Source: Spirochaetia bacterium (GTDB taxonomy: Bacteria > Spirochaetota > Spirochaetia > Treponematales > Rectinemataceae). From it: DNA of 34,152 bases. The notes beneath the pieces were generated by a model that searched no databases, was not told the DNA's origin, and worked only from the letters and a program-made list of their open reading frames with translations. The stretch spans positions 1 to 34,152 of the forward strand of contig JAVEYV010000001.1 of assembly GCA_034003305.1 (NCBI GenBank), in the 5' to 3' direction. The position numbers and the translations under genes were made by a program. Below, piece by piece: positions 16,719 through 26,300 of the stretch; within the stretch, counting starts at the first letter, position 1, and each line of letters opens with the position of its first letter.

Positions 16719-17506
16719 TCAGAATCGAAGGACTCGAAGTATCTTTTCCCCAGGGCGGCGGTGAGGACAGAAAGGTATTGAACGGAATCGATCTGACAGT
16801 TCCCAAGGGACAGACGGTTTCGATAATAGGATCGAACGGCGCGGGCAAGAGCACCTTGCTCAACGCCATCGCGGGCACGGTCAGTTTGCGCGCCGGTTCG
16901 ATCCTCCTGGACGGCAGGGACTGCGGCAAAGATCCCGAATGGCGGCGCGCCGTATACCTAGGCCGGGTGCGACAGAATCCCCTTGCAGGCACGGCCGGGG
17001 AAATGACAATTCTGGACAACCTTGCGCTGGCGGCGCGAAAAGGCCCCCGGGGCCTTCGCCTCGCCGTCAGCAAGGCGAAGGCCAAGACCCTGGCCGAGCA
17101 GGTGGCTCAGCTCGACATGGGGCTGGAAAATAGGCTTAAAGAAAATGTCTCCCGGCTTTCGGGGGGCCAGCGCCAAGCCCTGACCCTGCTGATGGCCGTG
17201 CTCTCCCATCCTTCGGTGCTGCTCCTGGACGAACACACCGCAGCCCTCGATCCCGGCAACGCCGAAATCGTCGACCGTCTCACCAAGCGATTTATCGCCG
17301 AATACGAACTTACGGCGCTCATCGTCACCCACGATATGAAACAGGCCTTGGAGCAGGCCGATAGAGTGATCATGATGCATGAAGGCCGGATCCTGGCCGA
17401 CGTGAGCGGCAGCCTAAAGGAGCGGATGGGGGTTGCTGATCTGGTGGAGCTCTTCAGGCAATCCCGGGGCAAGGACTACGCGGAAGACAGGGATTTGCTG
17501 GGCTAA
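16715..17506 (+). CDS. ABC transporter ATP-binding protein
   Basis: Walker A GSNGAGKST, ABC signature LSGGQRQ, Walker B LLLDEHTAALD, and an H-loop (VTHD). Confidence 0.9.
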   Translation: MIRIEGLEVSFPQGGGEDRKVLNGIDLTVPKGQTVSIIGSNGAGKSTLLNAIAGTVSLRAGSILLDGRDCGKDPEWRRAVYLGRVRQNPLAGTAGEMTILDNLALAARKGPRGLRLAVSKAKAKTLAEQVAQLDMGLENRLKENVSRLSGGQRQALTLLMAVLSHPSVLLLDEHTAALDPGNAEIVDRLTKRFIAEYELTALIVTHDMKQALEQADRVIMMHEGRILADVSGSLKERMGVADLVELFRQSRGKDYAEDRDLLG

Positions 17507-17522
17507 GAAGCCCTCGCTGGGG

Positions 17523-17549
17523 TAAAATGCCGCCGGACGCCGACGGCAT
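17523..17549 (-). terminator. Terminator hairpin between the convergent ABC ATPase and PF04008-like genes
   Basis: The minus strand reads ATGCCGTCGG-cgt-CCGGCGGCAT (10-bp stem with one G-U pair), followed by TTTTA. Confidence 0.5.
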
Positions 17550-17568
17550 CTTGATCTGGCAATAATAC

Positions 17569-18054
17569 TCAAAACTTGTAGCCGAAACTGCGGAGCATCG
17601 CCCTGCGGTCGGCTTTGTCGGATTCACCCTCCACGCCCTTCGGCGAACTCCCGTCCACTACACCAAGAATTCCTGCGCCCTGCTCGGTCACGGCTCTCAC
17701 GACCTGAAGCGGATTCGCCGTGGCTGCGAAGATACGGCACACCTCGGGGCAGGCTTTTATCCTGTCGAGTACGTTGATAGGATAGGCTCCGGGGCCGAGA
17801 ATAAGATAGAAACTGTGACCTGCTCCCACGGCCAGGGCGCAGTCTCTGGCGGCGGCCCCAAGTTCCGGGGAATTCCCCGCGGTGCGTACCAGGCAGGGGC
17901 CTGAGGCTTCGCTGAAGGCAAGACCGTATTTGGCGCCCGGCACCGAGCCGGCCATTATCTCGGCGATATCTTCCACCGTCTTGATAAAATGGGATTGCCC
18001 CACGACGATGTTGCAGTCCTCGGGAATCGATAGCTGCACAAAATCAAGGTTCAT
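17569..18054 (-). CDS. Adenosine-specific kinase family (PF04008-like) protein
   Basis: 161 aa. VGQSHFIKTVEDIAEIMAGSVPGAKYGLAFSEASGPCLVR...YPINVLDRIKACPEVCRIFAATANP matches my memory of this small, mostly archaeal/anaerobe family. A GGAGG RBS lies 9 nt upstream. Confidence 0.65.
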   Translation of the reverse strand: MNLDFVQLSIPEDCNIVVGQSHFIKTVEDIAEIMAGSVPGAKYGLAFSEASGPCLVRTAGNSPELGAAARDCALAVGAGHSFYLILGPGAYPINVLDRIKACPEVCRIFAATANPLQVVRAVTEQGAGILGVVDGSSPKGVEGESDKADRRAMLRSFGYKF

Positions 18055-18085
18055 TATTCATTCCTCCACAAACGTTAAAGGTTGT

Positions 18086-18862
18086 TCAATCATCCAGAGA
18101 GACCCCGCCGGGGACTCCCACGGGGGCCGCGTACAGGGCGAACATGTCCTCGCCGTCCAGCCCCAGATACTCGTCCAATTTCTGCTGGTCATAGGCACCT
18201 ACGGCACAGGTCCCCAGCCCGAGGGCTTCGCAGGCCAGGTAGAGGTTCTGGCAGGAGTGGCCGGCGTCCAGAGCGACCAGTTTGTCGGCCGCTTTTCCAT
18301 AGCGCCACTCGCTTCTGTAGGGAACCGCCGCCCAGAGAATGACGCAGGACGAGTTTCTCAGCTGACCCATCAGGGCAGAATCCAGGACTGCAGAATCGTC
18401 TCCCTCGCGTTCGAGCACCAGGGCGTGTTCCAGGGGAAGATAGCGGTACAGCCCCGGCTTTAGCCCTTCGATTCTTCTGGCGAAGACATAGACATCCAAT
18501 GGATGTCTGGCGCCACCGGATGGGGTTGTTCTGAAGGAATATTTTCCCCTGTTTTCCCTGACACCCTCGCAGGACCATAGCAGGTAGGACAGGGTGGTCA
18601 GGGGCAGATTTCCTATTTTAAAAGCCCGTCTGGAGCGCCTGGACAGCAGGAGGCGATGCAGGGTCGCCGGAGCTGAAACGGGATCTTCTTCAATGCTGTA
18701 CGCTTTATCAACCGTCGGAAGGCTTACCACACTGTCGTCCGGCTGGGGTGGCTCCTGCTGGGGCGGGGGCGGCAAGCCTCGGGACTGGTCCGAGACTATT
18801 TCTTTTACCAGATGCCAGTTGGACTTTAAAAAATGTCTTCCTTGCAGAAACCGTTCATCCAT
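18086..18862 (-). CDS. SagB/ThcOx-type dehydrogenase (nitroreductase superfamily)
   Basis: RRSRRAF...FRTTPSGGARHPLDVYV...GLYRYLPLEHAL...LDAGHSCQNLYLACEALGLGTCAVGAY are SagB-type domain signatures. Start at the ATG at 18862, which overlaps the upstream stop (ATGGATGA). Confidence 0.8.
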   Translation of the reverse strand: MDERFLQGRHFLKSNWHLVKEIVSDQSRGLPPPPQQEPPQPDDSVVSLPTVDKAYSIEEDPVSAPATLHRLLLSRRSRRAFKIGNLPLTTLSYLLWSCEGVRENRGKYSFRTTPSGGARHPLDVYVFARRIEGLKPGLYRYLPLEHALVLEREGDDSAVLDSALMGQLRNSSCVILWAAVPYRSEWRYGKAADKLVALDAGHSCQNLYLACEALGLGTCAVGAYDQQKLDEYLGLDGEDMFALYAAPVGVPGGVSLDD

Positions 18863-19313
18863 TGTGCTTTCCTTCGGGCATATGAGCCTCGACATAGCGC
18901 ACAACCTCTGCGATAAGCGTATTGCAGACCTTGTCGCCCAGGCCCTTGGCCTTCATTGCCTCGCGGTCTTCAGCCTTCCAGAGATCCGCTCCCTCAAGAA
19001 GCACCCTGCACTGGGAAGAACCGTGGGCGGTTTCCATGGCGGCGAAGAGCTTGGATACTTCCTCGTAGGTCTTCATCTTGGCGTCCTGGTCTGCGCCGCT
19101 TTCGCTTCCATATATCATGGACAGGGCGAGCACGCCGCCTGTTATGGCGCCGCAGCTGTATCCGAGCCTTCCCATTCCGCCTCCCAGACCGCCGGACAAG
19201 CGATGGGCAATGCCCTCTTCCAGCCCCAGGTCGGCCGCGAAGGAAGTAAAAACTGCCTGTGAGCAGGATGAGCCGCTCTTATGGATCGATAAGGCTTTTT
19301 CCACTCTGTCCAT
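18855..19313 (-). CDS. C_GCAxxG_C_C family putative redox-active protein
   Basis: 152 aa with the spaced motif C (SCSQAV), GYSCGAITGG, C (SSQCRVLL) and C (KVCNTLI). GGAGG RBS. Confidence 0.8.
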   Translation of the reverse strand: MDRVEKALSIHKSGSSCSQAVFTSFAADLGLEEGIAHRLSGGLGGGMGRLGYSCGAITGGVLALSMIYGSESGADQDAKMKTYEEVSKLFAAMETAHGSSQCRVLLEGADLWKAEDREAMKAKGLGDKVCNTLIAEVVRYVEAHMPEGKHNG

Positions 19314-19422
19314 ATCTGAAACCTCCGGATTCTTTACAGCGATTGCGTCGGCAATGCGCCTGATATCCCGGCGCCGCCGCTAGCCTATCATAAAGGATGA
19401 GAAGCTTTGGGCAAAGGGCTTT

Positions 19423-19482
19423 GCGGTAACTTCTCCATAGGCTTACGCGGAAATTTCTCCACAGTGCTTCAGCGGAAACTTC
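19423..19482. repeat. Three phased direct repeats GCGG(T/A)AA(C/T)TTC upstream of the C_GCAxxG_C_C operon
   Basis: GCGGTAACTTCTCCA at 19423, GCGGAAATTTCTCCA at 19447 and GCGGAAACTTC at 19472, with 24-25 bp spacing. The third copy overlaps the last glpK codons. Confidence 0.6.
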
Positions 19483-20959
19483 GGGCGGCGGCCACCGCTC
19501 TCTCCCAGCCTGAGACCAGGTTTTGCCGCTGCTCCGCCCCCATGGCCGGCTTGAATTCCCGCTTTCTGCGCCAATTTTTTTTCACCTCGTCCAGATTTGA
19601 CCAGTATCCTGATGCGAGTCCCGCCAGATACGCGGCTCCCAGGGCTGTGGTTTCGGTCACCTCGGGAAGCACCACCGAGCGCCCGCTGATATCGGCCTGG
19701 AATTGCATGAGGAAGGAATTGGCCGAAGCGCCGCCGTCTGCCTTGATGCTCGTTAAAGCCCGCCCCGAGTCTTTTTCCATCGCTTCCAGAAGATCCCTCG
19801 ATTCGTAGGCAATGGCTTCGAGGGCGGCGCGCACGAAATGCGCTTTCGTCGTTCCCCTTGTTATGCCCACAACGGTACCGCGGACATCAGGATCCCAGTA
19901 AGGCGCCCCCAGCCCGACAAAGGCCGGCACAAGGTAGACCCCTCCCGTATCGGGAACAGAACGGGCAAGCGCCTCGCTTTCGGCGGACTCGGTAAGAAGC
20001 CCAAGCTGGTCTCGGAGCCACTGAATGACGGCCCCCGCGATAAAAACCGAACCTTCCAGGGCGTAGGTATAGCCCTTACCCAGGTCCCAGGCCACCGTGG
20101 TAAGGAGATTATGCTCGGATGCTACCGGAAAGGGCCCGGTGTTCATAAGCGTGAAGCATCCCGTGCCGTAGGTGTTTTTTGCCTCGCCGGGGCTGAAGCA
20201 GGCGTGGCCGAAGAGGGCTGCCTGCTGGTCGCCGGCAACACCAGTCACTGGTATGGCATGGCCGAAAAGCGCAGGTACGGCAGTGCCGAAAAGGCCGGAG
20301 CTGGGCAAGACCTCGGGCAGAACCGCCCGGGGTACTCCCATGACCTTTAAAAGTTCCGCATCCCAGTCCCTTTTGTGAATATCGAAGAGCAGGGTACGGC
20401 TGGCATTGCTAGGATCGGTGGCATGACGCCCGGTAAGCTTGTAGATGAGCCAGGAATCGATGGTTCCGAAGAGAAGATCGCCCCGTTCAGCCCTTCGGCG
20501 CAGGTCGGGACGTTCCCGGAACAGCCAGCTCAGCTTCGTGCCGGAAAAATATGGATCCAGCACAAGCCCGGTTTTATCCCGGATTGTCTTTTCCATCCCT
20601 GCGGATCTGAGTTCCTCGCAGATTCCGGCCGATCTGCGGCACTGCCAGACTATGGCGTTGTAGACAGGCCGCCCTGAGTCCTTTTCCCAGAGTAGGCTGG
20701 TCTCGCGTTGGTTGGTTATGCCGATGGCGAGAATCTGCTCGCTTTCGATCTGGGCAGCGGCGATCGCTCCCCTGGCTGCCGCCAGCTGGGTGGCCCAGAT
20801 TTCCTCCGGATCGTGCTCAACCCAGCCGGGTTGGGGGAATATCTGCTTGAAGGGTATCTGTTTTACGCCGATGATGATACCGTCTTGATTGAAGAGAATA
20901 GCCCTCGACGAGGTCGTGCCCTGATCCAGGGCAAGGATATACTGTTCTTTTTCGGACAT
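19469..20959 (-). CDS. glpK: Glycerol kinase
   Basis: [23 protein letters not shown]...GWVEHDP...[14 protein letters not shown]...GTGCF...KADGGAS. Start at the ATG at 20959. The 73-codon extension in the ORF track is not GlpK-like. Confidence 0.93.
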   Translation of the reverse strand: MSEKEQYILALDQGTTSSRAILFNQDGIIIGVKQIPFKQIFPQPGWVEHDPEEIWATQLAAARGAIAAAQIESEQILAIGITNQRETSLLWEKDSGRPVYNAIVWQCRRSAGICEELRSAGMEKTIRDKTGLVLDPYFSGTKLSWLFRERPDLRRRAERGDLLFGTIDSWLIYKLTGRHATDPSNASRTLLFDIHKRDWDAELLKVMGVPRAVLPEVLPSSGLFGTAVPALFGHAIPVTGVAGDQQAALFGHACFSPGEAKNTYGTGCFTLMNTGPFPVASEHNLLTTVAWDLGKGYTYALEGSVFIAGAVIQWLRDQLGLLTESAESEALARSVPDTGGVYLVPAFVGLGAPYWDPDVRGTVVGITRGTTKAHFVRAALEAIAYESRDLLEAMEKDSGRALTSIKADGGASANSFLMQFQADISGRSVVLPEVTETTALGAAYLAGLASGYWSNLDEVKKNWRRKREFKPAMGAEQRQNLVSGWERAVAAARSFR

Positions 20960-21028
20960 GGGGGTAGTATACTCCGTAATTGCCGAGGGCGGAACGCGGG
21001 AAAATACCTGAATCCGCGAGGGAGGACT

Positions 21029-21520
21029 ATGGATCGCAACGAGTATGTCGCTTTGGTGAGTACCTTCGAACATGCGTACGACAAGCTTATCAAAAGGGCG
21101 AATGCCATGAGTCCGGAAGAGCTTCACTTTGTTCCCGCCCAGGCCGAAGCCTGGTCTTCCAATGAGCACCTTGTCCATCTTCTGGATGCTGACTGCAACC
21201 TGGTCATGCGCCTGCGGGGGGCAGTGGCGGAACCGGGCAAGCCAATCCCCGCCTGGGATCCCGAAGCATGGAAAACGAAAAACAACTATGCCCTGAGCGA
21301 CGGTCTTTTTTGCCTCGACTTGGCTGTGGCCTTGCGCAAATTCATCTCCGAGTCGCTCAAAGGCTTATCCGACGAGGTTTGGGAAAAGGCCTGGATACTT
21401 CATCCCGAACGGGGCGAACTCAGCCTGGTCGCGGTATTGAAAATATATGCAGGCCACCCCGATTTCCACTTGAAGTATCTCGAACGAAACAGCGAAGCCT
21501 TCGCTGCGAAAGGAAGGTAA
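21029..21520 (+). CDS. DinB-family (DinB_2-like) four-helix-bundle protein
   Basis: 163 aa from the ATG at 21029 (GAGGGAGG RBS). His-containing helices ([23 protein letters not shown]) fit the DinB metal-binding His pattern. Confidence 0.6.
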   Translation: MDRNEYVALVSTFEHAYDKLIKRANAMSPEELHFVPAQAEAWSSNEHLVHLLDADCNLVMRLRGAVAEPGKPIPAWDPEAWKTKNNYALSDGLFCLDLAVALRKFISESLKGLSDEVWEKAWILHPERGELSLVAVLKIYAGHPDFHLKYLERNSEAFAAKGR

Positions 21521-21522
21521 GG

Positions 21523-22224
21523 GTGAATATTCTCGAACTGCTTTCGGCCAAGGAAATAAACACCCAAATAGCCCTCACCCGCTTGCTTATGGCCCTGGTC
21601 GCGGGCGGTTTGATAGGGGCGGAGCGCGAAATGCGCCGCCAAGTGGCCGGCCTGCGCACCCACATACTGATCAGTCTCGGATCCTGTCTTCTCATGATGC
21701 TTTCGATCTGGATGCCTCAGACGATTGCCATGGACAAGGGCGATCCGGGCCGAATAGCCGCCCAGGTAGTGTCGGGTATCGGCTTTTTGGGCGCCGGCGC
21801 TTTTATCAAGATAGGCAATAACGTAAAAGGCATGACCACCGCCGCCAGCCTCTGGGTCGTGGCAGCCATAGGCCTTACCATCGGCGCCGGCATGTGGAGA
21901 TCGAGCCTTATCGCTCTGGGACTGGTAATCTTTGCCCTGGCCCTCCTGGAGCCGCTTGAACGCAGAATATTCCCCGCCGAACGCTTTAAGTACGTGAGCA
22001 TCTGGTTTGCCGAATCTTCCATGGACAGAAAAATGGTATACAAGGTGCTTTGTGATCATGGCATCAAGATTCAGTCAGTCGATGCCAGCATGGATATCGG
22101 CAAGGGCTCGACCAAACTGACCTATCTGGCAAAGATTCCCATTGCCCTCAATATTGAAAGCCTCTTTAAAGAGCTAAGAAAGATTGGGGATGTGGAAAAG
22201 GTAAAAATAGAAGAAACCCTATAA
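21523..22224 (+). CDS. mgtC: MgtC/SapB family membrane protein
   Basis: ALTRLLMALVAGGLIGAEREMRRQVAGLRTHILISLGSCL...AAQVVSGIGFLGAGAFI. GTG start 2 nt after the DinB stop. Confidence 0.8.
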   Translation: MNILELLSAKEINTQIALTRLLMALVAGGLIGAEREMRRQVAGLRTHILISLGSCLLMMLSIWMPQTIAMDKGDPGRIAAQVVSGIGFLGAGAFIKIGNNVKGMTTAASLWVVAAIGLTIGAGMWRSSLIALGLVIFALALLEPLERRIFPAERFKYVSIWFAESSMDRKMVYKVLCDHGIKIQSVDASMDIGKGSTKLTYLAKIPIALNIESLFKELRKIGDVEKVKIEETL

Positions 22225-22239
22225 AGAATAGTTTCACAT

Positions 22240-22284
22240 TGCCAGAGCCGTTCTTGGTTGCCGAACGCAAGGGCGGCTCTGGCA
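22240..22284. terminator. Inverted repeat between the convergent mgtC-like and HAD genes (possible bidirectional terminator)
   Basis: TGCCAGAGCCG-N23-CGGCTCTGGCA, with 11-bp perfect arms. Confidence 0.4.
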
Positions 22285-22307
22285 GCCATACCTGTACTTC
22301 GCCACGC

Positions 22308-22982
22308 CTATAAACCTAGAAAATGGCTTACTTCCGTCAGGGATTTGAAAATTCGCGCCGTCTTAGCCCGGGTACCCCGATCAGGCTCGATCACATCCGG
22401 TACCATGAAAACTATCATTTTAGCCTCATGCGCCGCGCTAACGCCTGCCAAAGAGTCTTCCAGAACAAGGCAATGCTCGGCTGCCACATTAAAATTCGCC
22501 AAGGCTTTGCGATAGATTTCCGGGTCTGGCTTAGGCTTTTCTACCTCGTCGCCGCAGATAAGGAAGCTGAAACGTTCTAAAATCCCAGCTTTTTTTAAGA
22601 GCGGCAGCACCCTTGGTCTGGTGGTGGAAGTTGCCACTGCGAGAGGAAGTCCCGCGCCTTTGAACCCGTCTAAAAGCTCCATAAGCCCTGGCTTGAGAGG
22701 TATCGGATTGTCGCGGTAATATTCGGCCTCAAGGGCGAGCCGCTTCGCCCTGACCCTGTCGTAGGGGAAATCAGCTCCCAGCGTGCCGACAAGAAGGCGC
22801 TTCCCTTCTGCTGAAGAGTGCCCGACAAGGCCTAACAACAGCGGGCCTGGGATCTCCCAGCCTTCGGACAGGCCCGCGGATCGCCATAATTCTATGGCTA
22901 CCCGCTCGCTGTCGAACATCAACCCATCCATATCGAAAGCGACCGCCTGGATCGCCATGCCAGCAACTTTAATCATGTACAT
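22308..22982 (-). CDS. HAD-superfamily hydrolase (beta-phosphoglucomutase-like, subfamily IA)
   Basis: Motif I AVAFDMDGLMFDSE, motif II VATST, and motif III/IV region K...LVLEDSLAGVSAAHEAKM. Start taken at the ATG at 22982 (GGGAG RBS); 22976 or 22958 are alternatives. Confidence 0.8.
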   Translation of the reverse strand: MYMIKVAGMAIQAVAFDMDGLMFDSERVAIELWRSAGLSEGWEIPGPLLLGLVGHSSAEGKRLLVGTLGADFPYDRVRAKRLALEAEYYRDNPIPLKPGLMELLDGFKGAGLPLAVATSTTRPRVLPLLKKAGILERFSFLICGDEVEKPKPDPEIYRKALANFNVAAEHCLVLEDSLAGVSAAHEAKMIVFMVPDVIEPDRGTRAKTARIFKSLTEVSHFLGL

Positions 22983-23097
22983 TCTCCCGTTGCGGAACGC
23001 TGCAATAATGCTATGAAAGGGGCAAAAGGTTAAAGGCCCCTGGCACATTGAATCCGCTGCCGCTCTTTGCCTGTTTCTGCCTGCGCGACCGCTTCCG

Positions 23098-23126
23098 TTG
23101 ACTTTTTCAGGCCTGCTCTGTATAGT
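23098..23126 (+). promoter_or_regulatory. Candidate sigma-70 promoter of the tRNA gene
   Basis: TTGACT-N17-TATAGT, with the -10 hexamer 47 nt upstream of the mature tRNA 5' end. Confidence 0.55.
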
Positions 23127-23173
23127 CACAACCTGTGTCGGCGGGCTTTTTAGCCCCCGTGCCCCGTTTACCC

Positions 23174-23247
23174 GGGCCCTTAGCTCAGTTGGTTAGAGCT
23201 GCGGACTCATAATCCGTAGGTCGCTGGTTCAAGTCCAGCAGGGCCCA
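23174..23247 (+). tRNA. tRNA with anticodon CAT: elongator Met or, more likely from its T-arm, lysidine-dependent Ile2
   Basis: Hand-folded cloverleaf: acceptor GGGCCCT/AGGGCCC, D-arm GCTC-AGTTGGTTA-GAGC, anticodon arm GCGGA-CTCATAA-TCCGT, T-arm GCTGG-TTCAAGT-CCAGC, discriminator A. CCA is not encoded. The T-arm and variable region resemble my memory of E. coli ileX. Confidence 0.9.
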
Positions 23248-23270
23248 TACGTAATTTGATGCATGAACGC

Positions 23271-23315
23271 AAAAGTCCTCGTCGGCGATTTTCGGCAATG
23301 TATCATCGGCGACGA
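23271..23315 (-). terminator. Possible terminator downstream of the glucan-synthase gene
   Basis: The minus strand reads TCGTCGCCGA-N17-TCGCCGACGA (10-bp stem with one mismatch), then gga and CTTTT. Confidence 0.3.
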
Positions 23316-23332
23316 CAACTGGGCACGGCACA

Positions 23333-26300
23333 TCAATGTGAAACTTGCTTTTGCTTTCCCATTCTGACTATAACTTCATGTGTGCCAGGGGCCGGGGCGA
23401 GCTGTATGATGCCATCCTCCATGCGCGCCCCGTCCATGTCCACAAAAGAGACTCCCTGCTCGCAATGCTCGGGATTTTCGACACGAATTTCGTACATGGC
23501 TTCGCCATGGCGATAGCTCATCTGGAATCCATCCCACCAACCGGGAATTACCGGGCTGATTTCCATTGTTCCGCCGCGAATCTTCAGGCCAAGGATTTCC
23601 TCCACCCAGGCGCGGTACATCCAAGCCGCCGAGCCGGTATACCAAGACCAGCCTCCCTGTCCAATCCGCCCCTGCAAGCGATAGACATCCGCCGCGACCA
23701 CATAAGGCTCGACCCCATAGCGCCAGACGCCTTCCGGTTCGCGGCTGTGCTCGATCGGATTGAGCATGCGTAAAATTTCTATCGCCCGGGTTCCATCACC
23801 GCGCCTGGCCATGGCCATGGCCAGCCAGACCGCGGCATGGGTATACTGGCCGCCGTTTTCACGCACCCCCGGCGGATAGCCATTGATGTAACCGGGCGAT
23901 GGCTCCGAAGTATCAAAAGGAGGCGTAAACAGCTGCACCAGTTTTTCATCTTTATGAACAAGGCGCTTCCATGCCGCCTCAAGTGCCGTCGCCGTCCTTT
24001 CCTTATCGCCGGCTCCGCTTAAAGCAGCCCAGGATTGCGGCAGGGAATCTATTTGCGCTTCAGCGTTGCGCGAAGCCCCCAAGAGGGTCCCGTCATCAAA
24101 GGTAGCCCGCACATACCACTCACCGTCCCAGGCAAACCCTTCGACATGCTCTATCAATGCGCTTCGCTCTTTTTCATAGGCCTGGCTCAATTCCGGATGG
24201 CCGGCCAAGGCGGAAAGCTCAGCCATTCCCTTTACTACATCGATCATGAACCACGCCAGCCATACGCTTTCACCCTTGCCCTTCGCGCCCACCAGGTTCA
24301 TCGCGTCGTTCCAGTCTCCCGATCCCATAAGCGGCAGTCCGTGGATGCCGAAGCGCTGACTGTGCGCAAGAGCCCGTCGGCAATGCTCAAAAAGCGTCGC
24401 CTGTTCGGATGAAACGTTGGGCGATTGAAAGCTCTCATGCTGTCCTTCTGTTAAAAGCGCCGCATCGATAAAGGGAACCATCTCCTGGAGAATATTCACG
24501 TCAGCAGTAACGCTTATGTAGCGCGCAACGACATAAGGAAGCCATAAAAGATCATCGGAGATACGCGAACGAATGCCCGCTCCGCTTGGCGGATGCCACC
24601 AGTGCTGAACATCGCCTTCCTTGAACTGTCGGCTGGCTGCAAGAAGGATATGACCGCGAGCCAAACTAGGATGCGCATAGAGCAGAGCCATAACGTCCTG
24701 GAGTTGATCGCGGAAGCCAAAAGCGCCGCCGGACTGGTAAAAGCCGGAACGTCCCCAGACTCGGCAGCTTAGGCTTTGGTACAACAGCCAGCGATTGATC
24801 ATAAGGTCTGCGGCCAGTTCGGGAGTATGGACCTGGACAACCTCGAGCCTGGTGTCCCACCATGCCTTTGTTTTTCGCAAAGCCGCGTTTACCGCATGGA
24901 GATCCCGGTACTTAAAGACCAAGGCGTGAACCTCTCTCGCCGATTCAACCTGGCCGAGCATGCAAGAAACCTCAAGCCGCTCTCCTGGAGCCAGTTTCAG
25001 CATAACCTGTATCGCGACGCAGGGGTCCAAACCCGCTCCTGTCCTGCCGGCAAGTCGTATGCGCTCCATTGCCGAGGGGTTGCCGAGCGTTCTGTTTCGT
25101 CCAATAAATGCCGCACGATCAGCGGTATACGACGTGGCGGCCGCGCTCACGGCCGCAAAAGCTACCCGATTCCCATACTCTGGATGGTAGCGATTTCGAA
25201 TCAGCATTGCCTGGGCTTCTTCGTCCCAAGCGGTAACGACATGCATCTGCGACGACTCCCGCGACTCGCCCAGCGTAAGCTCCGCATAATACGTAAGCGA
25301 TAATCTGCGCAATCGGTTGGAAGCGTTGCGCAGAACCAGCTTTTGCAGCTTGACGGGTTCTCCGCCTGCATCGTCGACGGGCACAAAGACAGAGAGTTCC
25401 TGCTCAATGCCGTGGCTGTTATGCTCGAAGACAGTGTACCCGGCTCCATGCCGAGCCCGATACGCGGGTTCCTCACGGACAGGGCTCGCTGTAGGGCTCC
25501 AATAAATTCCGCTGTCCTCGTCGCGGAGAAAGATCGCTTCCGGCGGCGGATCCATAACAGGGTCATTCGACCACTGGGTGAGGCGGTTGCGCTGACTGTT
25601 GCCCTGCCAGGTAAAGCCGGCGCCTGTTTCGCTGATAAGGGTGCCGAATTCAGGATTTGCCATGACATTAGCCCAGGGCGCAGGTGTATTCATGCCTGGC
25701 CCAAGGTAGATGACGTACTCCCGGCCATCCGGGGAGAACCCTCCCAGACTGTTGAAGAAAGGCAGTTCCATAAAGGGAAGCGCCGCCGAAGGGTCTAAGG
25801 GGACCCGTTTTCTGGCCAGGGGAGCCGACAAGGCAAGAGGCACCAATGCCGGAACGGCGAATTGCTGGGTTAAATTTCCTCGCGCGGCAATAAGCACAAC
25901 ACTCGCCGCGGCATGCAAAAGGCTTATGTCTTCTGCGGGAATTTTATCCTCGCTGAGCAGAAATACCCCACCAGGATGTCCGGTGCCCGCATTGGAATCC
26001 AGTGCTTGTATAAGATGCAAGAGTTCTTCGCGCAATGGCTGATTATAGCCTGAGGATTCTTCGTTGAGGATGACAAGATCGGCCAGTAACCCATGCCTGC
26101 GCCAATAATCGTGCGCTTGAAGCATCTGACGGACCAGCCCAAGATCGTGCGTTTCTTCGATTACCACCATGGCGATCGGCACATCTCCCGAAATAGCATA
26201 GGTCCATAGACCCGACTGCCCTTTTCTGTTTTCCGCTATTCGCTGCGAGGCGGCGCGCAAAAGAGACCCAGGATAGAGTAAATGGCTGGCCAATTGCTGG

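Noticed and set aside
19388-19438. A 16-codon mini-ORF (MEKLPQSPLPKASHPL) upstream of the SagB-type gene cluster, considered as a possible RiPP precursor.
   Set aside because: It has no RBS and no Cys/Ser/Thr-rich core expected of a TOMM substrate. It overlaps the direct-repeat array, and no cyclodehydratase is present.
19423-19461. GG-N10-GC spacing inside the direct repeats (TGGAGAAATTTCCGC), which could be read as sigma-54 promoters.
   Set aside because: Apart from the GG and GC dinucleotides, the -24 (TGGAGA versus TGGCAC) and -12 (CCGC versus TTGC) elements match poorly. The site is about 110-130 nt from the ATG. I kept it only as a repeat finding.
20960-21178. N-terminal extensions of ORF-track entries: glpK (to 21178), thyX (from 10589), fabF (to 6602), the cyclophilin (from 13792), the mgtC-like gene (from 21268), the DinB gene (from 20708), the SagB-type gene (to 18904) and the HAD gene (to 23129).
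   Set aside because: The family-typical N-termini begin at internal starts that have good Shine-Dalgarno sequences. The extensions overlap neighbouring genes or promoters and have non-protein-like sequence.
23130-23332. Integrase, att site or mobile element next to the tRNA.
   Set aside because: There is no integrase or transposase ORF, and no repeat of the tRNA 3' end anywhere in the window. Only the composition shift remains, and it is reported separately as a hypothesis.
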